From Selaginella moellendorffii (Eukaryota; Plantae; Lycopodiophyta): a stretch of 29,902 nucleotides of DNA. Location of the stretch: the NCBI RefSeq assembly GCF_000143415.4, contig NW_003314493.1, forward strand, positions 1 to 29,902, given 5' to 3'. Positions 23,321 to 29,902 of the stretch are shown piece after piece; the first letter of the stretch is position 1, and each line of letters begins with the position of its first letter. Under the pieces are notes generated by a model that searched no databases, was not told the DNA's origin, and worked only from the letters and a program-made list of their open reading frames with translations. Both the position numbers and the translations under genes were made by a program.

Positions 23321-24232
23321 AATAAAAAAGAAACAGATTGAACAATGCCAACGCCAAAGCCAATGCCACACTCTGCTTCTCCTAGCGTAGCTGGATCCTT
23401 GCAATTCTTTCTATGGAGTAAATGACATCCGAAATGACTCCTTTTATAAGAACCTACAGAGTTCTAAGATTTAGTATTTAAAAAAGTCTGATACCTCAGA
23501 CTTAACAGCCCTTACCACCGAATTGAAACTTGAAGTCCCTCTAATCAACAGCTTATTCCCGTTTAGAAAGTTTTGTTAGAAAAAAAACAGTGTTTTTGTT
23601 TATACAAAACCGCTGTTTACAGTGTTTAGTGTTTGGTCTTTGAGAAGCTGTTGTTGGTCCCACAACTAAAGTGAGCATATGCCAATGCATCTCTGGAACT
23701 TGCCTGGGAGCTTGGTTGCAGATCCACTCCACTAGGAACTCCTTGTCCTTCACAATCAAACCAGCAGATGCGACTGTGTAGCATGCAGCGATCTAACAAG
23801 TTGTTTCTTTTTTTTTTTTTTTCCTGTTTCAGTGCTCATTGAGAAGCATATAGCAAGCTTTACATCTTGCAAACTATTTCTTGTTCTTGGCTCCCTCCAA
23901 GCTCCAACTTCCAGGAATCCACCGAATCCTGTCTGCCATTACTGCTCCTCATTCCTGTGCTTGTAGCTCTCCTTTCTCCTCGGGACAGCCACAGCTCCAC
24001 GGCCGTCGGGTCTAAGCTCTATTTTTTTTGAGTCTCTCAAGCCCCTGTTTGTTCCAGGTTCTCGAGGCTGGAACCACGACTAGAATCAAGGTTTTTCACT
24101 CTCTTGCTTTTTGCTATTCTCTTTCGAGGCTTAAAGTTCCTGTTTGTGCCAGGTGCTCGAGGCTGGAACCAAGAGAAAAAACAGAAATTTTCGTCCCTGT
24201 ACTTCTCCTCGGGACAGCCACAGCTCCACGGC

Positions 24233-25125
24233 TCCATGGCTATTGGCCCCATGCATTTCACAGTCATCTCTACAGAACATGACTGGAGCTCGACCAGCGA
24301 ACAAGTATGCATTCTTATTCTTTTCATCTTTCCTTCAACGAAACCTTCTTCTACAGTACGCTTGGATGAAATCTGACCTTGAATCTGTCGGCAGATTCAG
24401 TACACCATGGATAGTTTTCACAGGGTAACTGTTTTTATTCACATTTTCATTCTGTAAACTCATGTGTGCTATTTTTCTTTCAGTCATCGACCTATGTACT
24501 CCACTCAACTGCGGGGGATTTATTTCTAAACTTTACCAGGTGTGGATCCGAAATTTGTAGCAGCTGTGGAACCATTGCTCTTGAGAAACAAGGTAAAACA
24601 CGAGCTCTTCAAAGGGAAAACTAGAATGAAACTGTCTTTTTTCTTTTTTCTTTTTTTTTTTTGCACAGGTTGATTTAGCAGTGTGGGGGCATGTTCACAA
24701 TTACCTGCGAACTTGTGCTGTGTTTCAGGGCGCTGCCTGCAGCACCCGATCAAGGATTTAGCAGGCGTCGATTTCTTTGACACTACAATTTACTCAGCTC
24801 CAGTTCACACCGTGGTTGGCATGGCTGAATTCACCTTGGATGACTTCCCTCATAATGTAAGCTTGCAGCTTTGTTTCCTATATTCAAGCTCTTTATATGG
24901 TATTGATATTCTACCTTTTCTATTTTTTTTGTCGACAGTTTAGTTCATGGAGCTTGATTCGAAGGTCGGCATTTGGATATGCAAGAGTGACAGCTGATAA
25001 GACAAAGCTACTGTTTGAGGTAGATGAATTGCGTTCTTGGTTCTTGCATGTTATTTATTTATTTTTCATTCCAGTACATTACAACGGACGGACAGTAGCT
25101 GACCGATTTAAAATTGCCAGGCTAG
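24233..25125 (+). pseudogene. Purple acid phosphatase / nucleotide pyrophosphatase-phosphodiesterase, 3' half with introns
   Basis: Exons HFTVISTEHDW / YAWMKSDL..TPWIVFTG / HRPMYS..VEPLLLRNK / VDLAVWGHVHNYLRTC..APVHTVVGMA / WSLIRRSAFGYARV. GT-AG introns of 52, 59, 76, 82 and 55 nt. Frameshifted and 5'-truncated. Confidence 0.9.
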
Positions 25126-25198
25126 ATTGGGGATTTTCCAGGCCATGAACGATTTCAAGCTTTACAAGTTCAATAGTTGGCTTGTAGAGCTTGCTGAT

Positions 25199-25985
25199 TT
25201 ACTTGACACTGCCAAGAGCTCTTGCTTTGCTGCACAGCACCTGTTTTTGGATCTTGCCAGTCGCAGTTTTGTCCAAGGCTGTGAGAATGACGATGCTCTT
25301 TGGCACCATGAACTTTGGTAAATGCTGTCGATACAACAAGAGTATCTCCTCCTTGTTGCTTCTCACGCCGTGCTTGAGGGACACAAACGCACATGGAGAC
25401 TCACGCTGTGCTTGAGGGACACAAACGCACATGGACCACTGCTCATCTGGCTGCGCCACCACAGCAGCTTCCAACACTGCTGGATGCCTGGATGAAAAAG
25501 AAGCAAACTTTAACAAGAAACAAAGAAGGAAAAACTCTCCTTTTACCTGTACAAGATGCTCTCCACTTCCAGGCTGCTAATGTTCTCCCCTCCAGAAATG
25601 ATAATATCCTTGGCTCGATCCTTGATCTTGATGTATCCATTGGGATGCCAAACTGCCAAGTCCCCAGAGTCTGGATTGTTCAAGTATCCCTTGAACACCA
25701 TGTTCCCACGTACGCAAACTTCGCCAATGGTGACACCGTCCTTGGCAACCGGTTCTAGAGTTTCATCTCTGATAATGTATTTGTCTTATTTGTTTGGTTC
25801 TTCGTCACTCCTTACTCGCTCGCTGCTTCTGCTAAATTTTTTTGCTTGCTAGCTCGGAGTTGAGCACCTGTAAGCCATCGAGGCAAACGTATTTCACGCC
25901 CTGCCGAGCCTTGAGCCTGGCCTGCTCATCGGGCAAAAGGCTGTCCCATTCGGGATTCCACTCGCACACAGTGCATGGACCACAG
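25199..25985 (-). pseudogene. Acyl-activating enzyme (AMP-binding, plant AAE clade) 3' fragment
   Basis: GPCTVCEWNPEWDSL..LKARQGV; [19 protein letters not shown]; [35 protein letters not shown]; HPAVLEAAVVA; KTATGKIQK. 59-nt intron at 25488-25546, plus an internal deletion and insertions. Confidence 0.92.
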
Positions 25986-26724
25986 TGCATGAAAGAGTGG
26001 GAAGAGGCTAGCTGCCTATTTTTCTTTCTATGCACTTCCTTTATGGTTATCTCCAGTTTATTTTTGAGTAGGTGGTATCTGTGGCTATATATATTTGAAT
26101 GTGGAGTCATGCTAGAGAAATGCGAAACAACATGATGACTTGAGTTCCAACCCAGTGCATCTCCTCTTTTTATTGACCCACCACAATGATGAGCATCTAT
26201 TATGCTAGGAAGAAAACGTAAGCTTTTAGGTAATAGCTTATAGTGCCACAATTTCGTCTGTCTGTACCAACTATCAGCATTGCAAACTTTGTGGAGTCAT
26301 GTAGAGGCCGAGACTCTGTAGGTTCTGTTGAAGGTGTTGTAGTGAGTATCAATGATATAGGCTACAACAGTGGTCAACTCACAATAACAGATAACATCAA
26401 CGAGTCTGATATGATATAGTAAGTTCAATATAGCATGTGGATCCCTGACAATAATCTATATGATGGCAGCTCAAATTCCATGGCAACATAATGGAATTAT
26501 TCAAAGAGTTGATGAATGAATGTTTTTCTGGAACTCCACCAACAAGATGTTTCATTAATTTACAAGGAGACGGTTATTTCAAGAGAGCAAATGTCACAGG
26601 CATGAGCATTGTTTCATGTATAATAGATGATGCCAAAATAATTCCTTGACTCTGTTTTTCGGAATATTGCAAGGGAATGCAATATTCTATGTATACAATG
26701 TACAATGTATACAATGCACTATGC

Positions 26725-26746
26725 TCCCAGCGTAGCTGGGACTTTT
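26725..26746 (+). terminator. Helitron 3' hairpin lacking the terminal CTAG
   Basis: ATGCTCCCAGCGTAGCTGGGACTTTT (26721-26746) is identical to 20801-20826, but is followed by TCGG rather than GCTAG. Confidence 0.75.
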
Positions 26747-26828
26747 TCGGAATATTGCAAGGGAATGCACAGGGGTAAGTGCGAAAGGAAATGAAACAAG
26801 CCCATATTAAATACACGTTGTTTTGCAG

Positions 26829-27060
26829 ATACCTGGATACTTTGAAGTAGATAAGCTCTGTCCAGTTTTTATACACACAGTTTGTTCATTATGCTGCGGA
26901 TCAAGATTGCAACAAACTTCTAAAGATGAAGCAATATGTAAAATATGTAAATATGCAGGACCTATAAAGGAACACATCACGCTAAAGGGCCAGCTTCACC
27001 TTGGACAAGACACGTTCCAAGTAGCTATACCTTCGCATTTTGTTGATCAACTATATGGAA
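26829..27060 (+). pseudogene. Exon encoding a CxxC..CxxC zinc-ribbon, possibly OB-fold protein fragment
   Basis: Follows a GTAAGT..TTGCAG intron and reads VCSLC(x)nICKIC..ITLKGQLHLG. The layout is reminiscent of RPA70 DBD-C. Confidence 0.35.
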
Positions 27061-27429
27061 CAAAGGAACTTTGACATTCCTTAAAAAAAATAAACCTTTG
27101 CCTTTACATCTGTGCCTTTACTCTTTGATTTCTGATGTTGAAGCATCTGAAGCTTTTATGCAGAAATTGTTAGAGTCTAGAACAATGGACTGGATCTTTG
27201 CAGGGGAACATTTGAAAGAACCCAGCACTTGAGGTGATATGCTCATTAAAGTTTGTGATTTGTTTATCTTTTTTTAGGCACTTCAAGCATTGACTTACAT
27301 GGGAACTTTCATTGATGGGGGCAACGATTCCATTGAATATATTCCTAACCTTTCAACATCAGAAGGTTTGTAAATCAGCTGTTTACAAACATTCCTAATT
27401 CTCCCACTAATGTATTACATACCTGGAAA

Positions 27430-28892
27430 GAGATGTGTATAATTGCATTGCATGGATCACACTGCTTCATATACTCCAATCAAATATACAGGCCTGCTGT
27501 GTGTGGATTGTTGAGGCACGTTCGTGAAAAAAACTCATGGATTATGACATACTCTACTTGCGCAGATAACTACAACTTAATGTTCTGCTCAGCAAGCAGC
27601 CAGAAGAATATCTGGTCTGTCTCTAGAGATTGCAAAGTTGTGTAATGGTCCAAGATGACAGAACTGAAGCCAAAGTGATAGATGTTTACAATATCAATGT
27701 GCCTTTCATTGGTGATCCAATGAACACTAGAGTGCATATCCTTCAAGGTTAATGTAATTACAGAATATGTATTTAAAAATCATGATATAGAAAAGGCTGA
27801 ACTTCTTCTTACAATCAAGTAAGCTTTCCCACACTTTCATATTCAAAACCTTTAACATAACCACCTATGAAATCTCATGCTTGAATATTTCTTTGTTAAT
27901 ATAAAAGAAACAATATAAACGAAAAGCCAAGAACTGAAATATATATGACACTCCCAGATTTTTCTTCTGATATTTCTTTTATAAAAAAATAAACACAAAT
28001 GTAAAGCACTACGACTACTAATATTAGTTTTGTCTAAATACATTACAAATTAGTTATTTAGTTACAAATTGTTTGTAACTAATTACATTATGTATGTATG
28101 TATATAACATTTTTAATTTTTTTTCTCTGTTTCATGTTAAGGGACAGAGTTCTAAGACGCTGAGATGCCATATAAGAACATCAGGGGCCACTGCTACCGA
28201 TGGTCTTTTCATGCCAAGGTGAGACACAAAGGGAAACTTGTATTCTTTGAAACAGGCACAGCTTGGTGTGTTATGTCAGTTGCTGTTGCCGATGCATAAA
28301 GTTCCAAAATACATATTGTTGGGTTTGGCATGAATGCAAAGCATCTTTCATGATATTGAGCAAGGCAGTGTCTATATATTTTCAGGGAACAGTGGTATAC
28401 AACACTCTAAACCAGCATATACACCATATAAATCAAATTGGGAGATAAAAGCAAGCAAGACTATGGAGATCAAGTGTGTAGAGGACGATCTACGTATTCC
28501 AAATGTTGTTCTTAATAGAATGAGTGTTTTAGATGCTTCTAAGCTCGGCCAAGAGACATTTATAGACGTGATTGGTGGTGTAATGTGGAATAGACAAACA
28601 TTTCTCCTAAGGATTCTGGAGCATTCATGAGAAGGAGGATGCTTTCTTTGAGTGATGAATCAGGCCACAGTATAGACATGTGTCTGTGGGATTCAAAGGC
28701 CGAAGATGAAGGTTCAGAAATCGAGGAGAAACCTGGACGAGGGCAGAAGCCTACTGTATGCCTGAAGGGCAGCCGGATTTCAGATTACAATGGCAAGTCT
28801 ATTTCAGTCACAGGTGGCTCTACCCTTTTAGTTGATCCTGAATTAGAAGATGTCTCATGGCTGTGTGAATGGATGGTTGCTAGCTACAACCA
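27430..28892 (+). pseudogene. RPA70 (RPA1)-like gene, N-terminal/DBD-A/DBD-B part
   Basis: RWSFHAKV.., IEQGSVYIFS, IDVIG, RRMLSLSDESGHSIDMCLW and LKGSRISDYNGKSISVTGGSTLLVDPE match RPA70 OB folds. Contains stops and frameshifts; the 5' boundary is uncertain. Confidence 0.85.
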
Positions 28893-29059
28893 ATACTTAG
28901 TTAATTTAAACAGTTTTTAACTAATTACATTATTACAAATTGTTTTAATCATTCATCAACTTCTACACAACATTAGTTTTGAAAGCTCCAGCTTGGCTTA
29001 TACTTAGAAACTTGATACCACACACAACAAATTATAAAACAATAGTAGAAAGAAATAAA

Positions 29060-29606
29060 ACATACTTTTTGTTTTCTCACACATTTTTTCTTTTAAGTGT
29101 CAAGACCAACTATAATTTTTTGGTATCTCTGTAGCTCTCGAGCTTGCAACGAATCTTCAGATTGTACATCTTTGATCAAATAGAGTCCATTACGGTTGAA
29201 AAAACAGTATAATCATCATCTTGTAGCGCAGCCAGCTTACATGCAGGCATATCTACAATTTCATTAGCATCATCAAATGCAACCGCCTATATATGTCCAG
29301 TGCTGTCCAGAATACACAAGTGTAGTGCATATTTGAAGTGAATATCTCCAGAATCAGTGTCACAAGAGTTGCATTGCCACATACTTTCCAAAACCTGAGT
29401 AACCTTCTAGCCACATTGGCTTCCATTGACAACCTTCACGCATGCTGGGTAATAGAAGTCACCAGTCTGGAATTCTTTCACTGACACAATAACATGAAAA
29501 ATAGCAGAGGACTTGGAAACCTTCAGGTTGATAGACAACATCTCAGATACTGTCTTTGTACCAGAAATCACTGCTTTAGAAGAAGAGTTGGTCACATGGA
29601 CAAATA
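29060..29606 (-). pseudogene. RPA70-like DBD-C with C4 zinc ribbon, inverted relative to the rest of the gene
   Basis: FYYPAC..NGSQCG*KV..WQCNSC..KYALHLCILDSTGHI*AVAFDDANEIV..YNLKIRCKLESY. Confidence 0.88.
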
Positions 29607-29902
29607 TGGTTGTGCAAACATTGCTACAGAATAGATTTAATAAATAAAATTTTTGTTACATATAAATATGTGAATTAATAAATAATTTTAAATATTAAAA
29701 TATAATATTATCACTAATGTATAATTTTAATACAGTATTATATTATTATCACTAAAATTATCAATAATTTAATATAAATATTATAATATGCATCTAGCTT
29801 AATAATATAATTTCAATTTTAGTACATAGACTAATTTTTTATTTCTAAAACTGAGTCTATGATATAGATCATACGAAATATGGTAGGTCATATAGAGTAG
29901 AA

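Overview
Eukaryotic, land-plant-like repeat-rich DNA. Very short host introns (52-82 nt), a PLS-type PPR fragment and a chromovirus with a canonical chromodomain suggest a non-seed plant such as a lycophyte; this is inference. From left to right the window holds: (1) the 3' end and 233-bp LTR of a decayed Ty3/Gypsy element. (2) A complete, very young minus-strand Ty3/Gypsy chromovirus (1240-8770) with 1148-bp LTRs differing at 4 sites, a GCAAA TSD, a tRNA-iMet-like PBS and a PPT. (3) A pseudogenised Helitron Rep/Pif1 helicase with its hairpin+CTAG 3' end. (4) About 12 kb of scrambled, partly duplicated gene fragments (purple acid phosphatase, acyl-activating enzyme, PPR) punctuated by more Helitron 3'-end motifs and a 220-N gap. 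(5) An RPA70-like pseudogene whose 3' part is inverted. The most striking observation is in the chromovirus integrase, which is split by two short GT-AG segments (47 and 52 nt). Removing them exactly restores the reading frame, the D-35-E catalytic spacing and the GPY/F motif, so they appear to be spliceosomal introns retained in a recently retrotransposed element. A densely structured 3' UTR with tRNA T-arm-like motifs follows.
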